64,000 nucleotides of DNA from an uncultured SAR86 cluster bacterium (GTDB lineage: Bacteria > Pseudomonadota > Gammaproteobacteria > Magnimaribacterales > Magnimaribacteraceae). The position numbers were made by a program, and so were the translations under genes. Shown piece by piece: positions 10,160 to 19,274 of the stretch. Under the pieces are notes generated by a model. It worked only from the letters and a program-made list of their open reading frames with translations, was not told where the DNA came from and ran no database searches. The stretch is from positions 3,839-67,838 of the forward strand of contig CACDOC010000001.1 in assembly GCA_902554355.1 (NCBI GenBank). Direction: 5' to 3'. Each line of letters starts with the position of its first letter. The first letter of the stretch is position 1.

Positions 10160-10381
10160 TTAGCCGTGTGCAAACATCAACGCAGAGACAAAGATAATTC
10201 CCATAGATAAAACTCCTATGGAAGAAATCAATAAGTAAACCAAAAAAGTCTTTGTAAGAGAAAGCTTGCCTAAATAAGAGCTTGCAAGTTTTTGGTTATT
10301 TAACCAAAGAAACAATACCCAATTTACTAAGAAAGTGATTCCGCCTAAGCAGAAAACTAAAGTAATGGTATTTGAACTCAC
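10160..10381 (-). CDS. hypothetical small membrane protein
   Basis: 73 aa with two hydrophobic helices. Its start abuts the stop of the upstream Rieske gene (0-nt gap), which suggests co-translation. Confidence 0.35.
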   Translation of the reverse strand: MSSNTITLVFCLGGITFLVNWVLFLWLNNQKLASSYLGKLSLTKTFLVYLLISSIGVLSMGIIFVSALMFAHG

Positions 10382-11581
10382 TTAATTTTGAATTAAAGGT
10401 AAAGACTGGAGCCCAAGTGCTTCTCTATAAGTATTATGATAATGGTGCAGAGCAGGTTCATTCCTTCCGAAAGTTAAGTAATCTAATTTTCCTGACATTA
10501 AACCCTTGTGGGATGATGCTGCTACAACATAATCTTCATCTCTTATTACATCAGCAAAACCACCATATTGTTCTTGCAGAGTAATTCCTTCCTGGTTACC
10601 TGACTTTTCTAGGTTTTTGATGTACTCAAGAACTTCGGGGTAAAAGTAAAAACACACTTTTGATACGCTCTTGTTTGGAGAATTTTCTAAAGGATATTCT
10701 TTTACTAAAAAAGCTCCTTCGTTAGTAGGCATAAAGATAATATTTGGGAAAAGGTAATAGACAGGCAAAGTTCCCGTACAAATATTCCAATCCTTTTCGG
10801 GTAATTTTCTCATTTCATCTATTTCTCTCTTGCATAGGATGAGTCTGCCGTTTCTTTTAAAACTATCGAACATTTGGCAATTGCCATGGAAGTTTTCGAA
10901 GAGCGAATCTTTATGCAGTACTGAGAAATGATAAGTTTCGCCAAAAGTATCTATAGCCAACTTCCAATTCATATCAGTAACGTATTCTTCTTCATTGGTA
11001 AAAAGGAGTTTTTCAAAATTCCAAGATTCAAATTCCTTTATTAAATTGCTTCCTAATAAATCGTTTAAGTTTATTTCCCCTTCCTCGGAGGGATGTACCC
11101 ATAAAAAACCGTATTTTTCTATACAAGGTAATGGCTTTAAACCATAACAACTTTTATCAATTTCACCGAAATGGTCTCCTTTAGGATAGCCTATCAAAGA
11201 GCCTTGGTTATTAAATGTCCAGCCGTGGAAAGGACATGAAAATTTAGACTTTTCTCCTTTCCTTTCTCCTTCCACTATTACGCCCCTATGTGAACAAACA
11301 TTGGCGTAAGCTTTAAATTCACCTTTCGAATTTCTGGTTGCTAAAATTGGGATTCCAAAATCTTGAGTGGTCACAAATGTATCATTTTTCGGTAAATCTC
11401 CTGACATTCCTATAATCTGAGGATGATTTAAGAAGAATGTATCCCATTCCATTTTAAATCTATCTTCACACGTATAGGTATCTGAAGGAGTTTTCATAAT
11501 TCCTCCAGCATCAACATTTGTTTTAGAATCAAGATGGCTCATTAAGCCTTTCAAGATTCTAATTTGCTCACTGCGCTCCAT
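10382..11581 (-). CDS. Rieske [2Fe-2S] non-heme-iron oxygenase, alpha subunit
   Basis: 399 aa. Rieske motif CSHRG...CPFHGW and mononuclear-iron motif GETYHFSVLHKD. Confidence 0.85.
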   Translation of the reverse strand: MERSEQIRILKGLMSHLDSKTNVDAGGIMKTPSDTYTCEDRFKMEWDTFFLNHPQIIGMSGDLPKNDTFVTTQDFGIPILATRNSKGEFKAYANVCSHRGVIVEGERKGEKSKFSCPFHGWTFNNQGSLIGYPKGDHFGEIDKSCYGLKPLPCIEKYGFLWVHPSEEGEINLNDLLGSNLIKEFESWNFEKLLFTNEEEYVTDMNWKLAIDTFGETYHFSVLHKDSLFENFHGNCQMFDSFKRNGRLILCKREIDEMRKLPEKDWNICTGTLPVYYLFPNIIFMPTNEGAFLVKEYPLENSPNKSVSKVCFYFYPEVLEYIKNLEKSGNQEGITLQEQYGGFADVIRDEDYVVAASSHKGLMSGKLDYLTFGRNEPALHHYHNTYREALGLQSLPLIQN

Positions 11582-11628
11582 CGCCTAAAGTTTAACATCA
11601 ATGGAAAGTTAACTAAAAAGTATGTTTA

Positions 11629-11647
11629 TTTGTTGAGAATCATTCTC
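11629..11647. promoter_or_regulatory. candidate Fur box
   Basis: TTTGTTGAGAATCATTCTC matches GATAATGATAATCATTATC at 13/19 positions and contains a perfect 6-1-6 palindrome, GAGAAT-C-ATTCTC (11635-11647). It overlaps promoter-like hexamers TTGAGA (11633-11638) and TAGAAT (11655-11660) just upstream of the Fe3+ binding-protein gene. Confidence 0.45.
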
Positions 11648-11669
11648 ATTAGGATAGAATTACCAAAAT

Positions 11670-12689
11670 ATGAAACTAGCTGCATTTTTATTACTAATTT
11701 CTTTGATGTCTCAAGCGATTCTGCCAAAAGACGTGAATATCTACACTTCAAGGCATTACGATTCGGACGACGCGCTATACGAAGAGTTTACTAAAGAAAC
11801 CGGGATTAAAGTTAACATCATTTCTGGGAAAGGTAGCGCCCTTTTAGAAAGGATCAAATCTGAGGGTATAAATTCTCCTGCTGATATTTTCTTTACGGTA
11901 GATGCTGGCAATTTGTGGAAGGTGCAAAAGGAAGATCTTTTTCAGGAAATTAAATCCACAAAAGTTATTTCAACCGTTCCAGAAAACCTTAGAGGTCCAA
12001 ATAATGAATGGACTGCAATTGCAAAAAGAGCAAGGGTTGTTTTCTATAACCCCGAAAACGTTTCTCCAGAAGAAATACAAGATTTAACGTACGAAGATTT
12101 AGCTAAAGAAGAATGGAAAAATCGTGTAGTCATCAGAAGTTCTAGCAATATGTATAACCAATCGTTAGTGGCTTCACTTATTGCAAACCAAGGTATTAAA
12201 AATACCGAATCTTGGGCTAAAAAGTTTGTAAATAACTTCGCTAGAAAGCCACAGGGAAATGACAGATCTCAAATTATTGCCGTGTCTAATGGTCAAGCCG
12301 ATATAGCAGTTGCTAATAGTTATTACATCGGAATTATGTTGTCTGGTTCTGCAGGAGAAGAACAACTTGAAGCCGCTAAAAAAGTAAGAATGCATTTCCC
12401 AAATCAAAAGGATAGAGGTGTCCATGTAAATATAAGTGGAGCAGGAATATTAAAAAATGCACCTAATCCTGATAACGCGAACCTTTTCTTAGAATTCTTA
12501 ATATCGAAAAGAGTTCAAAAATACATGGTAGATAAGTCTTTTGAATACCCAATTGTCGAGGGCGTTCTGCCTAGTCCTGAAATTGCTAGCTTTGGTTTGA
12601 GTTTCAAAGAAGACGATACTGCTGTAAAGCAATTTGGAGAGTTAAATCCAGATGCTATTAGGCTTATGGACAGATCAGGTTGGAAATAA
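11670..12689 (+). CDS. Fe(3+) ABC transporter periplasmic substrate-binding protein (FbpA/AfuA/FutA type)
   Basis: 339 aa with a signal peptide and an N-terminal NIYTSRHYDSD block typical of ferric binding proteins. Followed by the cognate permease and ATPase. Confidence 0.8.
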   Translation: MKLAAFLLLISLMSQAILPKDVNIYTSRHYDSDDALYEEFTKETGIKVNIISGKGSALLERIKSEGINSPADIFFTVDAGNLWKVQKEDLFQEIKSTKVISTVPENLRGPNNEWTAIAKRARVVFYNPENVSPEEIQDLTYEDLAKEEWKNRVVIRSSSNMYNQSLVASLIANQGIKNTESWAKKFVNNFARKPQGNDRSQIIAVSNGQADIAVANSYYIGIMLSGSAGEEQLEAAKKVRMHFPNQKDRGVHVNISGAGILKNAPNPDNANLFLEFLISKRVQKYMVDKSFEYPIVEGVLPSPEIASFGLSFKEDDTAVKQFGELNPDAIRLMDRSGWK

Positions 12690-12737
12690 CTATCTAGTAG
12701 TTTAAGCTAGATTCAAGAATATATTTACTGACTCAAA

Positions 12738-14345
12738 TTGAATTTCAATAACTTGTCACTATGGGGAGTAATTCCTTTTTTACTTCTAATCATTTTTTGT
12801 GCTCCAATTTTTATAGTTTTATCCAGTTTATTAGGTAATTATTCGGACAATTGGGTTCATTTATATAATTACGTATTAATAGATTACGTAAGTTCAACAA
12901 TTATTTTGATTACCGGGGTTTCATTTCTGGTCTTTTTTATCGGGACAGTAACGGCATGGATTGTTACTAATTATGATTTCTTTGGAAAAAGTTTTTTTGA
13001 GTGGTCTTTAATTCTCCCTCTAGCAATCCCGCCTTATATATTGGCTTATACTTTTACTGGATTATTTGACCCGTTTGGTGATGCTAATAATCTTGTGAGA
13101 GGTATTTTTAATTTAGCGCCTGATGTTTCAGTTTTTCCCAATGTAAGAAACTTATATGGAGCTATTGTTGTCTTTTCCTTTACTCTTTACCCATACGTTT
13201 ACTTGGTATCAAGAAGTGCTTTCTTGAACCAATCTAAATCAATGAAAGAATCGGCAAGACTCTTGGGTTTAAGTGAAGTTGGAGTTTTTTTTAAACTTGG
13301 CTTACCCATCATAAGGCCTGCAGCAATTGGTGGTTTGATGCTCGTAATAATGGAAACAATATCTGACTTCGGGGCAGTAGATCATTTCGCTATCCAGACC
13401 TTTACTACAGGCATCTTCAGAACTTGGCATGGTATGTACGATCTACAAACAGCTATGCAGTTAGCCTCAATACTCCTTTTAATAGTAGGTTTATTTTTTA
13501 TTCTTGAAAGAAACTCACGAGATAGAGCGGCTTTTACTTCCAACGACTCTTCGTTTACGTCTGAAAAAACCGTAAGGCTACCTAAAATGAAATCGTCATT
13601 ACTGTTCTTTATTTGCTTTATTCCACTTTTTGTTGGCTTTATCTTGCCGATAACTGAACTTGCTTTATGGGCTTTTGAAAGTAAATCTTCTTTCTTCAAT
13701 CAAAAATTTTTACAAACCTCATTTAATTCAATTTCTCTAGCAATTACCGCTGGCCTAGTAACTGCTATCTTGGCTGTAATCATAAATTTTTCGATTAGAT
13801 TCAAGCCTAGTTCCTTTATAAAAAGATTAAGTTCTCTGCTTTCTATTGGTTATGCAGTTCCCGGATTAATACTCGCTGTGGGCATGGTGCAGTTATTAAT
13901 CTATTTGGATAATAATGTACTTAATTCAGTAGATATAGTTCTGACTGGATCACTCTTTGGTTTGTTGCTCGCTTATATTATTAAAACGTATGCCCTTGCA
14001 AATTCCTCTGTCGAATCGGGTTATGAAAGCATAACTTCTTCTATGGATGATTCTTCAAAGCTTCTCGGTACCAGTGGTTGGAGCATGTTGATAAGAGTGC
14101 ACTCACCTCTTCTTAGAACAAGTTTCTTAACAGCAATATTGTTAGTTATATCTGAGGTAGTCAAAGAGCTTCCGGCTACTTTAATCCTTAGACCTTTTAA
14201 CTTTGAGACTTTAGCAGTTTCTACCTATATATATGCTGCTGAAGAAAGAATGTATCAAGCAGCTTCTCCAGCTATCGCAATTGTTTTAATTGGATTGATA
14301 CCAATTTTCTTTTTGTCAAAAATGATAAGATCTTCAAATAAGTAG
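12738..14345 (+). CDS. iron ABC transporter permease (fused two-domain, FbpB type)
   Basis: 535 aa polytopic protein with two EAA-like loops (ESARLLGLS and DSSKLLGTS). The start codon is TTG. Confidence 0.8.
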   Translation: MNFNNLSLWGVIPFLLLIIFCAPIFIVLSSLLGNYSDNWVHLYNYVLIDYVSSTIILITGVSFLVFFIGTVTAWIVTNYDFFGKSFFEWSLILPLAIPPYILAYTFTGLFDPFGDANNLVRGIFNLAPDVSVFPNVRNLYGAIVVFSFTLYPYVYLVSRSAFLNQSKSMKESARLLGLSEVGVFFKLGLPIIRPAAIGGLMLVIMETISDFGAVDHFAIQTFTTGIFRTWHGMYDLQTAMQLASILLLIVGLFFILERNSRDRAAFTSNDSSFTSEKTVRLPKMKSSLLFFICFIPLFVGFILPITELALWAFESKSSFFNQKFLQTSFNSISLAITAGLVTAILAVIINFSIRFKPSSFIKRLSSLLSIGYAVPGLILAVGMVQLLIYLDNNVLNSVDIVLTGSLFGLLLAYIIKTYALANSSVESGYESITSSMDDSSKLLGTSGWSMLIRVHSPLLRTSFLTAILLVISEVVKELPATLILRPFNFETLAVSTYIYAAEERMYQAASPAIAIVLIGLIPIFFLSKMIRSSNK

Positions 14346-14349
14346 AATA

Positions 14350-14991
14350 ATGGGTGATTCAATACTTGAACTAAAAGACTTAAGTCATTCTTATGACGGA
14401 AGTGAGATTTCTTTAAAGAATATAAGCTTAATAGTAAATAAAGCTGAGAAAGTTTCTGTCTTGGGCCCATCTGGTTCTGGAAAAAGTACCCTACTTAGAG
14501 TTATCGCAGGTCTTGAAAAGCCATATAGTGGAACTATAACTATTCAAGGAAAAATTGTTTCAGATCAAGATCATATGGTTGCTCCTGAAAAAAGAAATGT
14601 GGGTCTTGTAGTTCAAAATAAAGCGCTATTCCCTCATTTAACTGTGGAAAAGAATATTGGATTTGGAATCAGAAAAAACCAAGAGAAAACTAAAATTATT
14701 GCTGATCTCCTAAGTCTTTTTAAGATAGAGCATTTATCAAATAAATATCCTCATGAAATATCAGGCGGAGAACAACAAAGAACTGCTATAGCTAGATCCA
14801 TGGCTCCTGGCCCTGAATTGTTAATGCTGGATGAACCTTTTAGTGCCTTAGACCGAGAGCTTAAAGAAGAGTTATATGCAGAGTTAATTCATATATTTAA
14901 CGAAAGGCAACAGACCATCATACTTGTGACTCACGATTTAGATGAAGCTAAGGTTCTAAGCAACAAGCAAATTAATTTAGAAAATACTTAA
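14350..14991 (+). CDS. ABC transporter ATP-binding protein (FbpC-like, nucleotide-binding domain only)
   Basis: 213 aa. Walker A GPSGSGKST, signature ISGGEQQR, Walker B LLMLDEPFSALD, H-loop VTHD. The protein ends about 20 aa after the H-loop. Confidence 0.85.
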   Translation: MGDSILELKDLSHSYDGSEISLKNISLIVNKAEKVSVLGPSGSGKSTLLRVIAGLEKPYSGTITIQGKIVSDQDHMVAPEKRNVGLVVQNKALFPHLTVEKNIGFGIRKNQEKTKIIADLLSLFKIEHLSNKYPHEISGGEQQRTAIARSMAPGPELLMLDEPFSALDRELKEELYAELIHIFNERQQTIILVTHDLDEAKVLSNKQINLENT

Positions 14992-16298
14992 TCGTTTAAA
15001 TCTTTCTGGAAAGTTTCAGTAAGCATATAAACTGAAATAAGAGAAAGAATAGAAGCAAAGGCTATATAAACGGATACCCAAAAAATATCGTAATTTTTCC
15101 ATAATAGAGTTGCAATTATAGGAGCAAAAGACCCCCCTACTATTGCCCCTAGTTGATAACCTAAAGAAGCACCTGAGTATCTAACTTCAGTTGAAAATAG
15201 TTCAGCAAAAAAAGCTGCCTGGGGACCATACATCATTCCAAGAAAAGTAAGTCCTATTGTTATCGCTACGACAGCGTAAAGAAAACTTCCAGATGCCATT
15301 AAAGGGAAAATGGCAAAAGCCCACAAAGCTGTTAAAGCGGCGCCAGCCATAAAAACACCTTTTCTTCCGTTCCTGTCTGAATACGATGAAAAGGCAAATT
15401 GCGTTGGAACCATAATGGCACAACCAATTAGTACTGCCATTAATAGATCATCCCTATCCATGTCTGTAGTTTCTACGCCATAAGCTAAAAGAAAAGCAAT
15501 TAAGATGTAGAAAGTTACCTGGACGGATAAGAAAGCCCCAGCTGCTAGAGATATCCTTTTTGGGTATTTCTTTATAGCTTCCAGTATAGGAGAAGATTTC
15601 ACAACTCCAGAATCTTTAGGTTTCTTGCCTTCTATAGCTTCCAATTCTTGGAAGGCTTGTGTGTCTTCTAATTTAAGCTGTATGTACAAGCTAATAAGAA
15701 TCAGAACAAAACTCGCTAAGAATGGAATTCTCCATCCCCACGAAAGAAAAGATTCTTCATTGGTAAATAATCCAACAGTTATAAAAGCTAAATTAGCCAA
15801 TATAACGCCTATAGGAGCTCCTGCCTGTGCAAATGCTCCGTAATAACCTCTCTTCTCTTTAGGAGCACTCTCGGTAACTAATAACATTGCACCGCCCCAC
15901 TGACCTCCTATAGCAATTCCTTGTGCAAATCTTAGAAGCGTCAATAAAATTGGAGCAGCTATACCTATAGTTGCATAAGTAGGCAACAACCCTATTAAAG
16001 TTGAAGAAACCCCCATTAACATCAAAGCTATTACTAGCGTCTTTTTCCTTCCAATTAAATCTCCAAAGTGGCCGAAAATTATTCCTCCAACTGGTCTAGC
16101 AATAAAACCTGCAGCAAAAGTTAAAAAAGAAAGAATTAAAGCAGTCGTAGGAGAAGCTTCACCAAAAAATAGCTTAGGAAATACTAGGCCTGCAGCAGCG
16201 CCATACAAAAAGAAGTCATACCACTCAATGCTTGTCCCCGCTAGTGACGTTAAAGCTACTTTTCTAATATTAGATTCTTTTTGGCTTGATTCATTCAT
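14988..16298 (-). CDS. MFS transporter, metabolite:H+ symporter (MHS) type
   Basis: 436 aa with 12 predicted TM segments and the loop 2-3 motif GHFGDLIGRKKTL. Confidence 0.8.
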   Translation of the reverse strand: MNESSQKESNIRKVALTSLAGTSIEWYDFFLYGAAAGLVFPKLFFGEASPTTALILSFLTFAAGFIARPVGGIIFGHFGDLIGRKKTLVIALMLMGVSSTLIGLLPTYATIGIAAPILLTLLRFAQGIAIGGQWGGAMLLVTESAPKEKRGYYGAFAQAGAPIGVILANLAFITVGLFTNEESFLSWGWRIPFLASFVLILISLYIQLKLEDTQAFQELEAIEGKKPKDSGVVKSSPILEAIKKYPKRISLAAGAFLSVQVTFYILIAFLLAYGVETTDMDRDDLLMAVLIGCAIMVPTQFAFSSYSDRNGRKGVFMAGAALTALWAFAIFPLMASGSFLYAVVAITIGLTFLGMMYGPQAAFFAELFSTEVRYSGASLGYQLGAIVGGSFAPIIATLLWKNYDIFWVSVYIAFASILSLISVYMLTETFQKDLND

Positions 16299-16538
16299 TT
16301 ATTTTCTCCAAGGCAGAAAGTGCACTCTACCAACTAAAGCTAATCTAGCCAACCAGCCCAAAACGCTGCAAAAAAAGAAAATAATTATTCCAAAAAATAT
16401 ATAAACGCCTGCTGACATCAACAAAGTTGGATCGGGGCTGTTTCTCAAAGCTGCTGTAAAAAAATTAAGAAATAAAAGACCTCCAAAAATAAAACTTATC
16501 CAATGAACTAATAATGCAAATGTACTGAAGATATTCAT
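16299..16538 (-). CDS. hypothetical small membrane protein
   Basis: 79 aa with two TM helices. Start and stop are tightly coupled to both neighbours. Confidence 0.4.
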   Translation of the reverse strand: MNIFSTFALLVHWISFIFGGLLFLNFFTAALRNSPDPTLLMSAGVYIFFGIIIFFFCSVLGWLARLALVGRVHFLPWRK

Positions 16539-17476
16539 CGGTATTCAGACATGTTCCAATTAGGGTATCTTAATTGAGCTAAAGATAATGTTTCTTCATT
16601 CCAGAACGGATCCCCAGGCATAGGAACTCCAAAACAATTAAGCTGATCAGGTGTGGCATTCTCGAAAATGTTTTGCCATGGTTTAGTGAAGTGCCAAGGC
16701 CAAGAGGTATAGCCAATAGAATCATTACCTGCCTTTTTAAAACAAGAAGTCATGGCATATCGATAACCCCCTGGCTCAGTCAAGTTAGTTCCGCGATGAA
16801 AAACATCAATACCGTAAGCCAATAAAGTACCAGCAGGTCCTGCTGCACTCCTTTCAAACCTTCTAAGTTCTTTTTGATGGTCAACGTCTTCACGATTTTT
16901 AAGAAACCTTTTCATCCCTTCAAATCCATTACTATCAGTTCGATTTACGTAATGAGTTGGTCCATGTTCTTCTTTAACATCAGTGAAATAAATAATAAAA
17001 GTAATAGAGTTTAAGCATTCGTCTTGAGAAGGTACGGTAAGAGTATGGTTACCAAAGTCACAATGAAATGCTTGATCAAAGTCAGCTTCTCCAGTGAATT
17101 TCGCCCAAGCCTGAGCTTGATAGAGTCGTACATCATTTGTTTTTAATGCTGATCTAGCAAATTCAATTAGGCTTGGGTGTACAGCAATAAGATTTAACGA
17201 ACTGGAACAATCAAAGGGTATATTCTCAAAATTCTTAAACTGATCCATTGTGGTTTTACCCATAGGTTCGCCAGATAATTGCAAAGGTAGTTTATTTCCA
17301 AATTCTCCTTTTTTCTTTTTATTCAGGGCCTTATCTTCAGCTATGCGACCTGGAAATATTATTTCGAAGTCCTTGGTGACATCTTTAATTTCTTTATCAT
17401 TAAAAAATTCAGGAACCACAACTGCTCCCTCTTTTCGCCATGTATCAACATGAGCATCACTAAACCTTATAGTCAT
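16535..17476 (-). CDS. Fe(II)/2-oxoglutarate dioxygenase, phytanoyl-CoA dioxygenase (PhyH) family
   Basis: 313 aa. HxD in AFHCDFGNH, a distal His/Arg in IDVFHRGTN, and a PhyH-like N-terminus. Confidence 0.6.
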   Translation of the reverse strand: MTIRFSDAHVDTWRKEGAVVVPEFFNDKEIKDVTKDFEIIFPGRIAEDKALNKKKKGEFGNKLPLQLSGEPMGKTTMDQFKNFENIPFDCSSSLNLIAVHPSLIEFARSALKTNDVRLYQAQAWAKFTGEADFDQAFHCDFGNHTLTVPSQDECLNSITFIIYFTDVKEEHGPTHYVNRTDSNGFEGMKRFLKNREDVDHQKELRRFERSAAGPAGTLLAYGIDVFHRGTNLTEPGGYRYAMTSCFKKAGNDSIGYTSWPWHFTKPWQNIFENATPDQLNCFGVPMPGDPFWNEETLSLAQLRYPNWNMSEYR

Positions 17477-17952
17477 ATTGGAAATTTTAGAAGATCTCTT
17501 ATTGGCTTAACAGGGTCTTGTTTGTCCTTAATTATATTATCAGCGGCTAACAAGATAGAACGTTCGTGCTCACCCATGAAATTAGCTATGTAGTATGCTT
17601 CAGAGTCTTCTTCATCTACAAGTGTTGATAATTCTTCATACTGCGGAAGATAATAATTCTTTACAGATTGATATATGTTTTCAAATTGTTCCTTAAATGA
17701 CATCTCCTTGAAACTCTCAGCTATCTGAAGTCCTTGATCTCTTAAAAGCTTATTCTCTTCAATTGGTATCCCTAACTTTACAAGCAAAGGTCTCATTATT
17801 GCTTTACCTTCCGTTTCAAGTTGAAGCATATTGCTAAATATGTAACGTTGATTATCGTCTTCGGCCGTCGTAAGCAAAGACTCGAATATCATTTCACCAG
17901 CCTGTTCTCCAAGATAGACTTCTGTTAGACATTCCTTAAACTTCTTGTTCAT
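17473..17952 (-). CDS. hypothetical acidic all-helical protein
   Basis: 159 aa with Glu-rich helical segments (GEQAGE, LETEGK, GEHERS) but no canonical ExxH diiron pairs. Confidence 0.4.
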   Translation of the reverse strand: MNKKFKECLTEVYLGEQAGEMIFESLLTTAEDDNQRYIFSNMLQLETEGKAIMRPLLVKLGIPIEENKLLRDQGLQIAESFKEMSFKEQFENIYQSVKNYYLPQYEELSTLVDEEDSEAYYIANFMGEHERSILLAADNIIKDKQDPVKPIRDLLKFPI

Positions 17953-17953
17953 A

Positions 17954-18409
17954 TCAGTTAGGCTTTGTTTCCCTACTAACTAAATCCGACTGTAGAAATT
18001 TAAGTTTTAACTCCCCACCCTCTTTAACTAAGTAAACGCTTTCAAGCCAATTAGAGATAACTAATTCATTATCTGTTGTTTTAAATACCCCGTCATTTAC
18101 GTAGGAAATATGTGCAGAATTTTCATCTATTGATACAACATAATTTGATAAAACCCAATCAGTTGAAATAGTGGTCTTGGAGGCTTCTTGGATAAATTCG
18201 TCAAATTCATCCATATTCCAAGCCTTGCCCATTTCAAATATGTGGAAGTCATTAGTTAGAATCTTAGAAATATTCTCTTTCTGATAAACCTCAAGATCTA
18301 AAAGTTCAAAGAATTGATTAAGCTTTGAAATGGCCTTTTCTTCAGTTAACGAAGAAGCCCAGGAACCATATGAACTAAAGATAAGGACAAAAATCCATAA
18401 TTTTTTCAT
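17954..18409 (-). CDS. hypothetical exported protein, possibly NTF2/SnoaL-like fold
   Basis: 151 aa with a signal peptide (MKKLWIFVLIFSSYGSWA). The size and alpha+beta pattern are compatible with an NTF2-like cone. Confidence 0.4.
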   Translation of the reverse strand: MKKLWIFVLIFSSYGSWASSLTEEKAISKLNQFFELLDLEVYQKENISKILTNDFHIFEMGKAWNMDEFDEFIQEASKTTISTDWVLSNYVVSIDENSAHISYVNDGVFKTTDNELVISNWLESVYLVKEGGELKLKFLQSDLVSRETKPN

Positions 18410-19212
18410 TTAACACCTCTCAGTTTATAAATTGCTATTAGATTAATACTCATCACACAAGATTCATCTTTGCTGTCAAATAAATTAACAAAGACATCAA
18501 TGAACTCGTGCCCTTTCTTTTCATATATATTATTTATCTCCATTTCAGCAATTAAAGAAGCGCCTAATGGAACAGCTCTAAAATTTTGGGAAATTGTTTG
18601 AAGATGAACCCAAGGATTCATATAAGCATTTCCTGCCAATATCCAATTTGAACATCCTAATAAGAAACAAAGATTAGAGAATCCTCCATCTTTTGGTTGT
18701 AACAATGTAGGTAATAAATTCTCATCTTTAAGATAAATTAATGGATCTGAACCACCCCAATTAAAGTTGAATGCCAAACACCCAGTAGATTTTAAAGATT
18801 TCCATACTTCCTTTGTTGCATTAGGGGCTTCGTAGGCTTCTGTAACAAATTTATCTCCTCTAAGCATGGGAGGAACGGGTAGATTTCGAGAAATATTTAC
18901 TTCAGCGTTAGCACTAACTATTCCATTATTTCTAATTAGCGTAGTATAGGCTTTTGACTCATCCTGGATATTTGTTTCAACTGAAAAATTCTCATTATCA
19001 TAAAGAGGGGAAGTAATTCTACAATCGGCAAAACCCCTCTCCAACCAATCCTGACCCCACAGCTCTATTAATGGATGAACTAAATAGGCAGAGATAGTGA
19101 CTCCTGGTACCAGCCCTCCTTCAAAACCATACTCCTTGGCTAGTTCATCTCCATGAATTCTATTTTCAGAATCAGGTGCTGTATTCAATGCTGTTGCTGA
19201 CCAAGTACTCAT
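18406..19212 (-). CDS. MaoC-like hot-dog fold protein (dehydratase/hydratase-like)
   Basis: 268 aa. N-terminal ENRIHGDELAKEYGFEGGLVPGV resembles the MaoC NPIHxD...G..I.HG motif. The C-terminal half has a hot-dog-like pattern. Confidence 0.5.
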   Translation of the reverse strand: MSTWSATALNTAPDSENRIHGDELAKEYGFEGGLVPGVTISAYLVHPLIELWGQDWLERGFADCRITSPLYDNENFSVETNIQDESKAYTTLIRNNGIVSANAEVNISRNLPVPPMLRGDKFVTEAYEAPNATKEVWKSLKSTGCLAFNFNWGGSDPLIYLKDENLLPTLLQPKDGGFSNLCFLLGCSNWILAGNAYMNPWVHLQTISQNFRAVPLGASLIAEMEINNIYEKKGHEFIDVFVNLFDSKDESCVMSINLIAIYKLRGVK

Positions 19213-19274
19213 AAAGTTAATTTCTTTTAGTGCTAATTAGTGCCCACAACATAGTTTAGAGATATTACGAACTT

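Noticed and set aside
11564-11794. 76-aa plus-strand ORF spanning the Rieske/iron-transporter spacer
   Set aside because: It overlaps the start of the binding-protein gene in another frame as well as the end of the Rieske gene. Its sequence is basic and low-complexity, and the binding-protein frame has a proper signal peptide.
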